Positions 29,698-39,832 of a stretch of DNA of 64,000 nt are shown here, piece by piece. Under the pieces are notes generated by a model. The model ran no database searches, was not told the DNA's origin, and saw only the letters and a list, made by a program, of their open reading frames with translations. This DNA comes from Methanobacteriota archaeon (GTDB lineage: Archaea > Thermoplasmatota > Thermoplasmata > SG8-5 > JAGLSY01), in NCBI GenBank assembly GCA_020697715.1, contig JAEHCO010000001.1:160001-224000 (forward strand), given 5' to 3'. The position numbers and the translations under genes were made by a program. The number at the start of each line of letters is the position of its first letter. Position 1 is the stretch's first letter.

Positions 29698-30821
29698 ACT
29701 AACTCCCTGAGTACAGACTCCAATATACTGGACGCCGTATTAATTTCTTCTTCTTCAAGACCATAGTACATTGGTAGTGCTATGGCTCGATTGAAAATAT
29801 CCAATGAATTGGGACATAGATCCCTTGAATCATATACTGGCTGTATATGAGATGCATATGTCCCGATCTGAGCCTGAACTCCCTTAGATTGGAGCTTTTG
29901 AATGACCTTGTTCCGATCAACACCCCTATCTAAAAGAGAAACATAGCTCTGATAAATATGATAAGAATTCTTTGAAGTGACCGGGGCTTCTATAGAATCT
30001 ATCTCCTCGATCTTTTCATCCCAATATTTAGCCAGCTCTCTCTTTCGTTCGATCGTTCTATTGAGCCTCCTTAACTGGACAACACCTACTGCCGCTGTTA
30101 TATCACTCATTTTATAGTTATAGCCAACATCCGTGAACTCGGGAATAAAGAAGCTATCCGTCTCCTCTCTATCCCAGGCTGTTGTTATGCCAAAAACAGA
30201 TAATTTCCTCATCAAGGTTGCAGCAGCTTCATCATTTGTAGCTATCATACCACCTTCGCCCGTCGTCAGGCCTTTGCGCGCATGAAAGGAAAAACATCCA
30301 ATATCACCTATGGCACCTGCAAAACTATCTTTGTACTTTGCACCAAAGGCACAAGCGGCATCCTCGATCACTACTAATCCCTTCTCCGAAGCGATCTTAT
30401 TGATCTCATCCATTTCAGCTGGCTGGCCAAATGTATGTACGGGGATCACTGCCTTTGTTTTTGATGTTATTTTTTCGAGCATCGCCTCTGGATCCATATT
30501 GTATGTTCCAGGATCAACATCTACAAAAATTGGAGATGCACCGCAATACATGACAGAATGCCCAGTAGCGGGGTATGTGTAATCTGCGACCAGAACTTCA
30601 TCTCCTTTGCTGATCCCATGAGCTAGAAGAGCAAGATGCAGGGCGGATGTACAATTAGTGACCGCTATTGAAGAATCTACACCCAGATATTGAGATGCCA
30701 ATAATTCAAACTCCTTCACCTTAGGACCTTGTGATACCCAGCCAGAATCCAGAACATTACGTATTTCCTCGATCTCCTCTGAATCAAAATATGGTCTGAG
30801 AAGTGGTATATTGTGACTCAT
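29694..30821 (-). CDS. DegT/DnrJ/EryC1/StrS sugar aminotransferase
   Basis: NCTSALH, PVHTFG, EDAAC, SFHARK, GEGG, GYNYKM. Confidence 0.94.
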   Translation of the reverse strand: MSHNIPLLRPYFDSEEIEEIRNVLDSGWVSQGPKVKEFELLASQYLGVDSSIAVTNCTSALHLALLAHGISKGDEVLVADYTYPATGHSVMYCGASPIFVDVDPGTYNMDPEAMLEKITSKTKAVIPVHTFGQPAEMDEINKIASEKGLVVIEDAACAFGAKYKDSFAGAIGDIGCFSFHARKGLTTGEGGMIATNDEAAATLMRKLSVFGITTAWDREETDSFFIPEFTDVGYNYKMSDITAAVGVVQLRRLNRTIERKRELAKYWDEKIEEIDSIEAPVTSKNSYHIYQSYVSLLDRGVDRNKVIQKLQSKGVQAQIGTYASHIQPVYDSRDLCPNSLDIFNRAIALPMYYGLEEEEINTASSILESVLRELV

Positions 30822-30867
30822 AAAACCCCTAATCAATTATATGATAATTAGATTTCCCTCTAAATAT

Positions 30868-32037
30868 TCATTGGTCACCTATCAATTTTTCGTAAAGGGT
30901 CACAACAATGTCCATATTTTTGGTAAAATCCCCAATCTCAAGTGCCAGTTTCCTGCTGTTGTCTCCATATGTCTTCATTTTATCCATATCATTGAGAAGG
31001 GCAATGGTCTTTTGTGCCAGGTCCTTTGGATCGCCACCTTTAAAGAACTGGCCATTGAAACCAGGTCTAACTCCAGCCTCCGCACCTGGCCTCTTTGCGA
31101 CTACGCATGGGAGACCGGAACTCATAGCCTCCATGAGAGCAACGCCTATTCCTCCCCCGCCCTTGGTAGGGTGAGGGGTATCGACATACAAATCAGAGCT
31201 GGCCAGATATTTATGGAGGTCAGCATTGGCAATATTGCCAGTGAATACTATCTTATTATCGATCTTCAGATCTTTAGCCAGCTTTTCAAGATCTTTCTTT
31301 TCTGGACCATCCCCGATTATCATGAATCTCACATCATCAAATTCATTCACAATGTCAGGAATGGCCCTGACCAGAGTGTCAATGTTACAAATGTCTACAA
31401 GGTGCCTGACCAGGGTGACCACACGGAGATCTCCATTACCAAAAAGAGATGTTTTGAGCTCGGAAGAGCTGGCATTAGGTGTGAATCTGGTTGTTTCAAC
31501 GCCCCAAGCCTGCAAGAAAATTTTCTCAGGAGGACAACCATATTCGACAAGACGGTCTTTTGCAGTATCATCTCCTGCAAAAACAAGATCTGCCTTACTG
31601 AACATCTGGCTTGATAATTTATTATCCTTATCACGGCCTTTGAAAAGGATGGTAAAGCCCCATGCATGTAAGACCAATGGATGAAAATCAGTTTGTGAAG
31701 CTAGCCAGCCATAATCTGGCAGATAGTGAGCATGGATCAGATCTGGCTTTATTTCATTGATAGCAGTCTTCAATTCCTTGAGACCCAGTGTGATGTAGTG
31801 CTTACCGCCGAAAGCACTCATCGATAGCTTTCGGGGCACTTTTTTGAGGGTCGTAACAGATGGATTGCCCAGAGGGACAAGGTTAATGTTCATTCCTTTA
31901 CCGAAAAGGTCTTTGACCTCGTCCTCTGAATTCTTCGGAAGATAAGCCACATGAACTTCATGATCAGATGCGAAGTGTTCAGCCCATCTCCTGACATGGA
32001 GCGAGTAAACATTACCTATGATCAATATTCGCATCAT
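30868..32037 (-). CDS. Glycosyltransferase family 4
   Basis: DLIHAH, GDGPE, GVALMEAMSSGLP. Confidence 0.9.
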   Translation of the reverse strand: MMRILIIGNVYSLHVRRWAEHFASDHEVHVAYLPKNSEDEVKDLFGKGMNINLVPLGNPSVTTLKKVPRKLSMSAFGGKHYITLGLKELKTAINEIKPDLIHAHYLPDYGWLASQTDFHPLVLHAWGFTILFKGRDKDNKLSSQMFSKADLVFAGDDTAKDRLVEYGCPPEKIFLQAWGVETTRFTPNASSSELKTSLFGNGDLRVVTLVRHLVDICNIDTLVRAIPDIVNEFDDVRFMIIGDGPEKKDLEKLAKDLKIDNKIVFTGNIANADLHKYLASSDLYVDTPHPTKGGGGIGVALMEAMSSGLPCVVAKRPGAEAGVRPGFNGQFFKGGDPKDLAQKTIALLNDMDKMKTYGDNSRKLALEIGDFTKNMDIVVTLYEKLIGDQ

Positions 32038-33335
32038 GCCACCTCCGAGATAGTGTAACGACGCTTGCCGGATTCTGGCCAGTCTATTTTATCCGGATAT
32101 TTTACATCGATATCGATATCATCGCCCAGGTATTCCCTCAAATACTTCAGAAGATACTGGATATCTGTATCTGTGAATTCCGATGTCCTTACTATGTCGA
32201 TCTCCAGCTTATCTATCTTTTTCTGGATTATTCTATATTCCTGTATGCCACTCACATCCTTGAAAAGATGAGGGAAGAATTCCCCGGGGAGTCTTTGACC
32301 AGAAGGCGTGACTATGAAGTCATGAACTCTTCCATCGATAGAGCTCATCATGGAGAGGGAGCGTCCGCAACCACATTTTTCCATTTTGGGTGTTCCCATA
32401 TCACCTATGGAGTATCGCAGCCAAGGCATGACCTGATTGTGCAGGTCTGTGATGATGATATTCCCACTCTCTCCAGGAGATACTGGCTCCCCATCTTTAA
32501 GAAACTCAACAATTGAATTCTCATCGGAAATATGATATCCTTGAAGATGCTCACATTCATGGGCGATCAATGATGTCTCACGGCTACCATAGCCATCATA
32601 AACCCTGCATCCGAAAGTGTCTTCTATCTTCTTTCGCTGAAAATCATACAGGTTCTCGGCAGTTGTGATGATCGCTTGCGGCTCGATGCCTTTGATATTA
32701 TTATCACTGACATATTTTGCGAAAACATACATCGCTCCTGAGAACGATCGTAGGATATTCGGTTTGAATTGAATGATCTGACGAGCATACTGGCTCATGT
32801 CCTCATCTGACATCTTGAAGGCATTGAGCATTAGACGACGTAGGAGAGAATGTCGTATCTTCGTACTCATCTTTTCCAGTTGTTCAATTTCGAAACTAGC
32901 TCCCCATAGATCTACCATACGATCCCTGAAATTATAATGTGCCCAGTTCCACCCTCGATACCGAGCACCATTGGCCCATGCCCACATTTCCCGCTGGACA
33001 TAAAATTTTAAAGGCTCACCTGTTGAGCCACCTGTTTGGGACGGCATGGCCCTGGATCTCAGGTTCCTGGCTAACATCTTGTCCAAATTCTGACGTAGAT
33101 CATCCTTGGTCATTATAGGCAGTTTATGAAGATCTTCCTTGGTCTTGATATCGTCAGGCTTAAGATCTAGTCGCCTGAACATATCATGATAATATGGCAC
33201 GTTCTCGTAGGAGTTCTTTATCAACGCTCTCAGCTTGAGATTTTGGTATCGTTCGATATCCTCTCTGGGCCAATATTGGCTTTTCATCAAGAAATTATGT
33301 GTCTTGCGGACAGTTAAAGCATCGGAAATGATCAT
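32034..33335 (-). CDS. Phenylacetate-CoA ligase-like (CapK-type) adenylate-forming enzyme
   Basis: VPYY, TGGSTGEP, YGSRE, MPWLRYSIGD, GRVHD, SGKRR. Confidence 0.88.
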   Translation of the reverse strand: MIISDALTVRKTHNFLMKSQYWPREDIERYQNLKLRALIKNSYENVPYYHDMFRRLDLKPDDIKTKEDLHKLPIMTKDDLRQNLDKMLARNLRSRAMPSQTGGSTGEPLKFYVQREMWAWANGARYRGWNWAHYNFRDRMVDLWGASFEIEQLEKMSTKIRHSLLRRLMLNAFKMSDEDMSQYARQIIQFKPNILRSFSGAMYVFAKYVSDNNIKGIEPQAIITTAENLYDFQRKKIEDTFGCRVYDGYGSRETSLIAHECEHLQGYHISDENSIVEFLKDGEPVSPGESGNIIITDLHNQVMPWLRYSIGDMGTPKMEKCGCGRSLSMMSSIDGRVHDFIVTPSGQRLPGEFFPHLFKDVSGIQEYRIIQKKIDKLEIDIVRTSEFTDTDIQYLLKYLREYLGDDIDIDVKYPDKIDWPESGKRRYTISEVA

Positions 33336-34243
33336 TTAACGATCACCCACAGATGAACTTCATACTCGGTTTCAACCCCATCTATGTACAATTGCCAGAC
33401 TACCTTATGCTTACCTGGGTCGGGTATGTTGAATGTAATGATATCTTCAAATATCCCATCATGATCCAGTGTTATATCCCTTTCAAAACTATTATCACCT
33501 GTGAAACTAAAAGTTTGATCCCAATTGCTACCATCATTGATAGTGGTTGCATTTTCAATTCCAATAATTACCTTATAATTGACTTCCTCATATTCATGAC
33601 ACCTGATACCAACAATAATTGAGGCTGTGCCATTGGTAGTCATGTTCAATGTATAATTCTCGGCGGTGCCATTTGAGTCCAGTATATATAATTGTGAATA
33701 TCTCTCTCCATCACTTGGTGTCATTAATACATAGGCAAGAACACAGCCAGATAATACTAATACCACAGAAATCATAATAACAAATAATTTCTCGGTCTTA
33801 TCTGATGGTAATAATGTCTGGGGCATTGGTAGAGCTATGTGGTACCTTTCTTGCTCCGTCAGCTGTTGCCGTCGCATGTATGCGAATATTGTTAATATTA
33901 TCTGAATGATAAAAAGGCCTGCTAATGTGGAAGATAGTGTGATCCCATTTGAAGTGAAATTCAATATGAGGCCAATTACCGAAACCACTACTATACTAAG
34001 ACCGAAGCTCAAGGCAATTCTTTCCATATTGCCAATTCCATCTTTACCTGGCCAGAGAATTGCTACGAGAGCGTATCCTGGTATGAACACAAGCAAAAAA
34101 GTCCCAAAGATCACTCTGATAAAATTACCATCAGGCAAAACTATGGCTACAATTACCGCCACAACGGACCACAATAAAAGAAGTATTAGATCCAATGGAT
34201 GTTTTTCACTCTCTACGGTTTCATTTGAATTAGGAGATCTCAT
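33332..34243 (-). CDS. DUF1616-like membrane protein
   Basis: FIPGYAL, ERIALSFGLS, YSQLYIL, C-terminal VHLWV. Confidence 0.8.
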   Translation of the reverse strand: MRSPNSNETVESEKHPLDLILLLLWSVVAVIVAIVLPDGNFIRVIFGTFLLVFIPGYALVAILWPGKDGIGNMERIALSFGLSIVVVSVIGLILNFTSNGITLSSTLAGLFIIQIILTIFAYMRRQQLTEQERYHIALPMPQTLLPSDKTEKLFVIMISVVLVLSGCVLAYVLMTPSDGERYSQLYILDSNGTAENYTLNMTTNGTASIIVGIRCHEYEEVNYKVIIGIENATTINDGSNWDQTFSFTGDNSFERDITLDHDGIFEDIITFNIPDPGKHKVVWQLYIDGVETEYEVHLWVIVK

Positions 34244-34911
34244 CAGTCATCCCCCCCTAAAACCCCTCTCTTGAGATAATACTTATGACCTATATAGCTC
34301 TCCACAGCCGGATCATGAGATGCGATAATGACAGTGGCACCAAATTCCTTATTGGCCTTTTTGAAGGCTTCCATCACGATATCACAATTATCCATGTCAA
34401 GAGATGCAGTGGGCTCATCTGCAAGTAGGACCGTTGGATTATTGGCCAGAGCTCTGGCAACTGCCACTCTTTGTCTTTCACCACCACTTAATTCATTTGG
34501 ATATTTACTTGAATATTCATACAGGTCGAATGTCTTCAGAAGCTCCCTCACCTTCCAATCACCATCATGCCATTTTGCTATTTTCATTGGCAGTAGGACA
34601 TTCTCAAAGACTGTAAGATCATTTATAAGGTTATGAGCCTGGAAGACAATGCCGATCTTGTGAAGTCTGATACTAGCTAATTCCTTATCAGACAATTCTC
34701 CAGTATTGTATCCATTTAGGAATATTTGACCTCTTGAAGGAGTGTCTATGCAGCCTATCAAGTTAAGTAATGTTGTCTTTCCACTTCCAGACCTACCTTT
34801 GATCAATACCATATCATTTGACTGGATGGTCATATTGATCCCTTTAAGGATCTCTTTACGATCATCATAGGATTTCCATACATCCTTCAGTACTATGTCC
34901 ATTTGCTTCAT
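34243..34911 (-). CDS. ABC transporter ATP-binding protein (LolD/MacB type)
   Basis: GRSGSGKT, LSGGERQR, LADEPT, SHD. Confidence 0.93.
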   Translation of the reverse strand: MKQMDIVLKDVWKSYDDRKEILKGINMTIQSNDMVLIKGRSGSGKTTLLNLIGCIDTPSRGQIFLNGYNTGELSDKELASIRLHKIGIVFQAHNLINDLTVFENVLLPMKIAKWHDGDWKVRELLKTFDLYEYSSKYPNELSGGERQRVAVARALANNPTVLLADEPTASLDMDNCDIVMEAFKKANKEFGATVIIASHDPAVESYIGHKYYLKRGVLGGDD

Positions 34912-35001
34912 GATGTGACCTTCAGCTTTCCCTGGAATTATAGGATATAATCCTAATCTGATTTAATATTAAATCCTTTCGGAGTTCTATATTATTGTGG
35001 C

Positions 35002-35706
35002 TCATTCAGATATTACGGGAGTGGTGACAAAGGCATTCTTTCTTCTTATTAGCCTCAGCCAGCTATGTTCATGTTTGGTGCGTCTCATCTTGACACATCG
35101 TATTCGAAGCTGAACATCTGTTTCACCAACGTCATGTAATCGCAGGTAAATGATGCCATCTGCTAGAAAATCCTCATTATTGGCCACCATCAGCTCACTA
35201 CCATGTGTGATCTCCGATATCAGGAACACTGTTGAATCCATTTCTCTTAAAAATCTTATGAAATGAAAGAGATCGACCCTTGGTGAATTGAGCTCGGCCA
35301 AAGAATAAAGAGCTGCTAGAGAATCTACCACGATGAAATCAAAATCCTCCACCTCTGCCCTTTTCTGTATGTATTTACTCAATATACCGAGCCAATTCCG
35401 TCCATGTTCCTCTTCCTGATGACCCATCCTTATCTTTCCCACATCGACCATGTATAATTCCAGGTCGTCCAGACCGGTCATTCCAAGATCCTGCATGGCT
35501 CCTTTAAGACCTTCATACCCTTCTTCGAGAGAAAGATACAGGCCGCGTTTATGTTCTCTCTTCGCATTCTCGTACATTATGCTGAAAGTTAGGGATGTCT
35601 TCATGGTGCCTGGTGTTCCACATATCAATACAACATGCCCTTTGGGAATCCCTCCACCCAGGTTCTCATCGAAGCCCTCAATGTAAGTTTTGATCTTTTC
35701 TACCAT
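35002..35706 (-). CDS. Single-domain KaiC/RAD55-like ATPase
   Basis: GGGIPKG, GTPGTMKT, SLEE, VVDSL, DFLADGII, KMRRT. Confidence 0.9.
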   Translation of the reverse strand: MVEKIKTYIEGFDENLGGGIPKGHVVLICGTPGTMKTSLTFSIMYENAKREHKRGLYLSLEEGYEGLKGAMQDLGMTGLDDLELYMVDVGKIRMGHQEEEHGRNWLGILSKYIQKRAEVEDFDFIVVDSLAALYSLAELNSPRVDLFHFIRFLREMDSTVFLISEITHGSELMVANNEDFLADGIIYLRLHDVGETDVQLRIRCVKMRRTKHEHSWLRLIRRKNAFVTTPVISE

Positions 35707-35862
35707 GGAATCAACTCAAGTATACTCTATAGTACCCAGATAGCGATAATGGTATTAAAATGTGAAGTATGGATGTACCATACGATTGGAAATATATCCT
35801 TAAGATGTGAACAGGTGAAATGTACACAATAAATTTATACCTATTTTTCATTACTCTGGAAT

Positions 35863-36423
35863 ATGGCTGATAATGACATCTTTCTTCCAAAGAAAATGTT
35901 CCTCACGAAGGGAATAGGTAAGCATAAAGAGAAGCTCAGTAGCTTCGAACTGGCATTGAGAAATGCAGGGATCGAGAAATATAATCTGGTAAGGGTATCA
36001 TCCATTTTCCCACCTGGTTGTAAGATCATTCCAAAATCCAAAGGCCTGGGTATGCTGAAGCCAGGGCAGATCGTGTTCTGCGTAATTGCCGAGAATGCAT
36101 CCAATGAACCGAATCGCCTTATGGCCGCCTCTATTGGTGTCGCGATACCAAAGAATACCGAGCATTATGGATATCTTAGCGAGCATCATTCCTTTGGGCA
36201 GAAGGAGAAGGTCGCGGGGGAGTATGCTGAAGACCTGGCGGCGGAAATGCTTGCCTCCACATACGGTATATCCTTCGATGTCCATGCCAGCTACAATGAG
36301 AAGAAAGATTTCTTCAAGATAGACGGCAGGATAGTCAATACAAGAAATCATACCATATCGGCAGTATGCGATAAGAATGGGTTATGGACGACCGTCATAT
36401 CAGTCGCGGTCCTCGTACTCTAG
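35863..36423 (+). CDS. pdaD: Pyruvoyl-dependent arginine decarboxylase
   Basis: SFELALRNAGI, NLVRVSSIFP (Ser-Ser self-cleavage site), GYLSEHH. Confidence 0.92.
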   Translation: MADNDIFLPKKMFLTKGIGKHKEKLSSFELALRNAGIEKYNLVRVSSIFPPGCKIIPKSKGLGMLKPGQIVFCVIAENASNEPNRLMAASIGVAIPKNTEHYGYLSEHHSFGQKEKVAGEYAEDLAAEMLASTYGISFDVHASYNEKKDFFKIDGRIVNTRNHTISAVCDKNGLWTTVISVAVLVL

Positions 36424-36469
36424 AATATCTAAGTTATATCAATTTCATAGGGTCGGACTTTGAGATTTT

Positions 36470-37831
36470 TCAACTTCTCAATGTTCGAGTTATCGCAAAT
36501 TCTTTATTTCGCAATGCGACAGGATGATATGGATTGATCTTCAATACTTCTTCATAACACTGTATGGCCTCGTCGAACTTCCCTTCTGATTGAAGAAGAG
36601 CTGCTTTATTAAGCCAGACCCCGATATCCATACTATCGAGCTTCAGGGCCTTATCATAGCATTCCAAGGCATCTTTATTATTGCCAAGTACCCTGTAAGT
36701 GACACCAAGATTGGACCATATACCCGGATCCTTCGGACTTATCTCCAAGGCCTTGCGATACCAAATTATTGCCTCATCGGTCTTGCCCAATGTTCTGAGC
36801 AAAATACCTTTATTGGACATCAGATCTGCATCACTTGGATTAAGTTCAAGTGATTTGTCATAACACAATAAAGCCTCTCCCAGCAATCCAAGACGATGCA
36901 GTGACACGCCCTTATTGAACCAAGCCCAGGAATCATTGGGGTTCTCTTCTAAAGCCATATCAAAACATTCGACAGCCTGTTCGCTTTTGCCCATCTTTTC
37001 CAGAGCGACCCCTCTATTGAACCAAGAATCATCATCTGGCCTTGTATTGAAATCATATGCTGATATTTCATCTTTGGTTAGATCAGACATGTGCTTCTTG
37101 GTCTCAGATGATTTCTTAACAGGGGGTTCCTCGACCTTTGGTGGCTTTTCTGGTTCTTCCTCTATGGCTTCTTCATGTGCAGGCTCTTCAGTATTCTTTG
37201 TCTTGAGCTTTCCGGATATTTTAGCTTCATGCCTTGAAGGAATTACCTTTTCATCTGATTCCAATGATGGTTTCACATGATCTGCTTTGAATTCATAGCC
37301 ACAAATGTCACATGTGTCTACATCTGTGTGCCACATGGCACCGCATTCAGGACATTCTAACTTATTTCCGGTCAACATTATATTTCGCACATCCTTTATC
37401 TGGTCGAACTTTCTGGCCAAAGCACTGGATATCTCCTCATTTATGGAACCTGGATTCAAAGGCACTATGAGGCTGGAACCATTCTTAGCCGCATATTTAC
37501 CTAGATCTGATAGGAACTCTTCCGTAACATCATATCCGTTCTCCAATATTAGATATTCGACCTCGTCTATCATCACAATGCATTCTTTATGGTCCTTCAT
37601 GAACTTCTTCAAGCTCTTTAGAACCTCTCCAGTGAGTACTTTGGGATCTGCGGGGTCTGAAAGCCAAATGAATTCCGCCTTCTTAAGGTTATACTCTTTC
37701 TTCAGCTTGCGCGGAAGTTTGGTGGTCAGGCATATACATGGGATCCCATGTTTATCGAATTCTGCAAAAAGCTCAAAAGTAAAATGTGTTTGTGTTTCAT
37801 ATATCAGATGATTCTTACCTCTTTCTATCAT
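36470..37831 (-). CDS. DUF835-like domain + double Zn-ribbon + TPR protein
   Basis: CLTTKLP..IWLS..IDEVEYLILENG; CPEC..CDIC; about 5 TPRs (WFNKG, WSNLG). Confidence 0.8.
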   Translation of the reverse strand: MIERGKNHLIYETQTHFTFELFAEFDKHGIPCICLTTKLPRKLKKEYNLKKAEFIWLSDPADPKVLTGEVLKSLKKFMKDHKECIVMIDEVEYLILENGYDVTEEFLSDLGKYAAKNGSSLIVPLNPGSINEEISSALARKFDQIKDVRNIMLTGNKLECPECGAMWHTDVDTCDICGYEFKADHVKPSLESDEKVIPSRHEAKISGKLKTKNTEEPAHEEAIEEEPEKPPKVEEPPVKKSSETKKHMSDLTKDEISAYDFNTRPDDDSWFNRGVALEKMGKSEQAVECFDMALEENPNDSWAWFNKGVSLHRLGLLGEALLCYDKSLELNPSDADLMSNKGILLRTLGKTDEAIIWYRKALEISPKDPGIWSNLGVTYRVLGNNKDALECYDKALKLDSMDIGVWLNKAALLQSEGKFDEAIQCYEEVLKINPYHPVALRNKEFAITRTLRS

Positions 37832-37853
37832 TCTACCTTCCCCATATTATGTT

Positions 37854-39662
37854 CTACGTCAATCCTCTCCTTTCCAGTTCTTTCAAAGCAATGTCCCTGT
37901 TCTTGGCTGCAAGCCTTCTCCCAGGGTCTATCTGCATCGCTTTGTCATAACATTCTATTGCTTCCTTCAGGAGACCCATACTACCAAGGACAACACCTTT
38001 ATTGCTCCAGACCCCCGCATCCCTTGGATTGATCTCAATGGCCTTATCATAAGCTTCTATGGCCTCTTTTATCCTTCCTACACTTCTCAGAGCAATACCC
38101 TTATTGCTCCAGATACTTGAATCGCCTGGGTTTACAGCAAGGCCTTTATTGTAAGAGTCAATGGCTTCATCAACACGACCCAATGTCCTCAATGCAATTC
38201 CTCTATTTCCCCACACTTCGCTATCATTTGGATTGATCTGGGTTACAAGGTCATAACATTCAAGAGCCAGTTCTATCCTTCCTAACATCTGAAGGACAAC
38301 ACCTTTATTGAACAAAGATTCGGCATGAGATGGGTCTATGGCCAAGGCGCTGTCATAATATTTTATGGCATCTTCAAACTTCCTCTGCCTTCCAGCAGCG
38401 ATCCCCATATTGAATTTTTCACTGACCTGAGACTTCTCGGTTGGTGAAAGACGTCTTTTAGCAAGCCTTCCTTTGATATGCTTCTCCATTGCATCGTTTA
38501 TGTCCATTGAAAGAGAATCCAAGTTCTTACGGGAACCTCTAAGCTTGCTAACATCTCCATCATAATCACCTAGCACGTTCTTGTACTGGCCTTCTACTCC
38601 ATCAATATTTTTTAGCATTGCTTTCTTTATGTCGCCCATTACCTTGTGCAGGTATTCCTCAGCCTTGCCCGAAAATATCAGAGCGACAGATACGTATTCG
38701 CCGTCTGCAATGATAATTATGTATCCTTTCACATCTATTCTACTAAATTCAGATTTTTCACCTGTCGCGAAGGAATTGTTGATGAAATCCAAAATCGCCT
38801 GTAACATACCTCCTATGAGATCCGGATCTATAAGATCCTGGTCTCTCCAGGTTTTCCTCTGAATGAGGGTGCCAGTGCTCCTGTGAATTAGATATATGTC
38901 CTCTATTTCCAGATCAGGGATGTCATCTTCTATTTCCACTCCCTGGGTAGCTAGTGGATCAGGTGGGGCATCTATTCTCAGATCCTGAGGCGTGGACATT
39001 GCTGGCTGTGATTGCGCAGCTGGCGTGTATGAAGTTGGAGAGGGGGTGTATGATGATGGCTCGGGAGAGGGGGCTGGCGCCGCCTGGGGTTGTGCGGCAA
39101 CAGGCTGGGGGGCCGGCTCCGGCTCTGGTTTGCCCGCGATCTCATTTATCGTTCCAACCATATCAAAGTCCCTGGAAAGGGTTGTGACCGTCTCTTTATT
39201 GAAGGAATTTGGATTTATGGCGATCATGATGGTCCCTCCATTCATGGATGCCAGATCATTAGTACGCTTGATGAATTTCCTTACCTTGTCATATTCATTC
39301 TCCAGAGTCAGATAGGCAAATCCGTCAAGCAGAAGTATGGACTCTTCATGTGCCTTCAAGAATTTATTGATCACTCTTGTTATCTCGAAGTCCAGTCTTG
39401 TAGGGACTAGAGTATCGGGCTCATTGCTGGAATCCGATAGCCAGTATATCTTTGCCTCTTCAGAAAGACCGTATATTTTTTTCAATTTTTTCGGGTAGAG
39501 GGTTGTTATGCATAGACCTGGAACTCCCGATCTGACCACTTCATCAAATAGTCTAAAGGTCTCGTCTGTCTTGTCCTCATAAATAAGATAGTTCAATCCT
39601 GTGTCAATAGCCGTTTGCCTCACCCCTGAGTCTATTATAGGGATGTTATATGGCTTTACCAT
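37854..39662 (-). CDS. DUF835-like domain + Pro/Ala linker + longin-like domain + TPR protein
   Basis: GLCITTLYP..YWLS..LLDGFAYLTLEN; IEDIYLIH..DPDLIGGMLQAI..F; about 6 TPRs. Confidence 0.8.
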   Translation of the reverse strand: MVKPYNIPIIDSGVRQTAIDTGLNYLIYEDKTDETFRLFDEVVRSGVPGLCITTLYPKKLKKIYGLSEEAKIYWLSDSSNEPDTLVPTRLDFEITRVINKFLKAHEESILLLDGFAYLTLENEYDKVRKFIKRTNDLASMNGGTIMIAINPNSFNKETVTTLSRDFDMVGTINEIAGKPEPEPAPQPVAAQPQAAPAPSPEPSSYTPSPTSYTPAAQSQPAMSTPQDLRIDAPPDPLATQGVEIEDDIPDLEIEDIYLIHRSTGTLIQRKTWRDQDLIDPDLIGGMLQAILDFINNSFATGEKSEFSRIDVKGYIIIIADGEYVSVALIFSGKAEEYLHKVMGDIKKAMLKNIDGVEGQYKNVLGDYDGDVSKLRGSRKNLDSLSMDINDAMEKHIKGRLAKRRLSPTEKSQVSEKFNMGIAAGRQRKFEDAIKYYDSALAIDPSHAESLFNKGVVLQMLGRIELALECYDLVTQINPNDSEVWGNRGIALRTLGRVDEAIDSYNKGLAVNPGDSSIWSNKGIALRSVGRIKEAIEAYDKAIEINPRDAGVWSNKGVVLGSMGLLKEAIECYDKAMQIDPGRRLAAKNRDIALKELERRGLT

Positions 39663-39832
39663 TAAATACCTTTTTGGAGAATAATGTACTATAAATTATA
39701 ATTTCGATGTTACATGATGTGATCGAGAATTATCATAAATGATTAAAAAATCTTAATTTATGTATGTTATATGCTTCCATCATGGGTAAACAATAAATAA
39801 TACATTGTATAATCAGTAGCCAGGAGCTAAAG

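Noticed and set aside
30841-31614. Long antisense ORFs (e.g. 30841-31614, 14128-14841, 1345-1872)
   Set aside because: They lie opposite well-supported genes and have no motifs
35002-35706. Circadian clock kaiC
   Set aside because: Single domain with no kaiA/kaiB; fits the broader archaeal KaiC-like family
35760-35826. ATGTGAA..ATGTAC direct repeat between the kaiC-like gene and pdaD
   Set aside because: Too short and AT-rich to distinguish from chance
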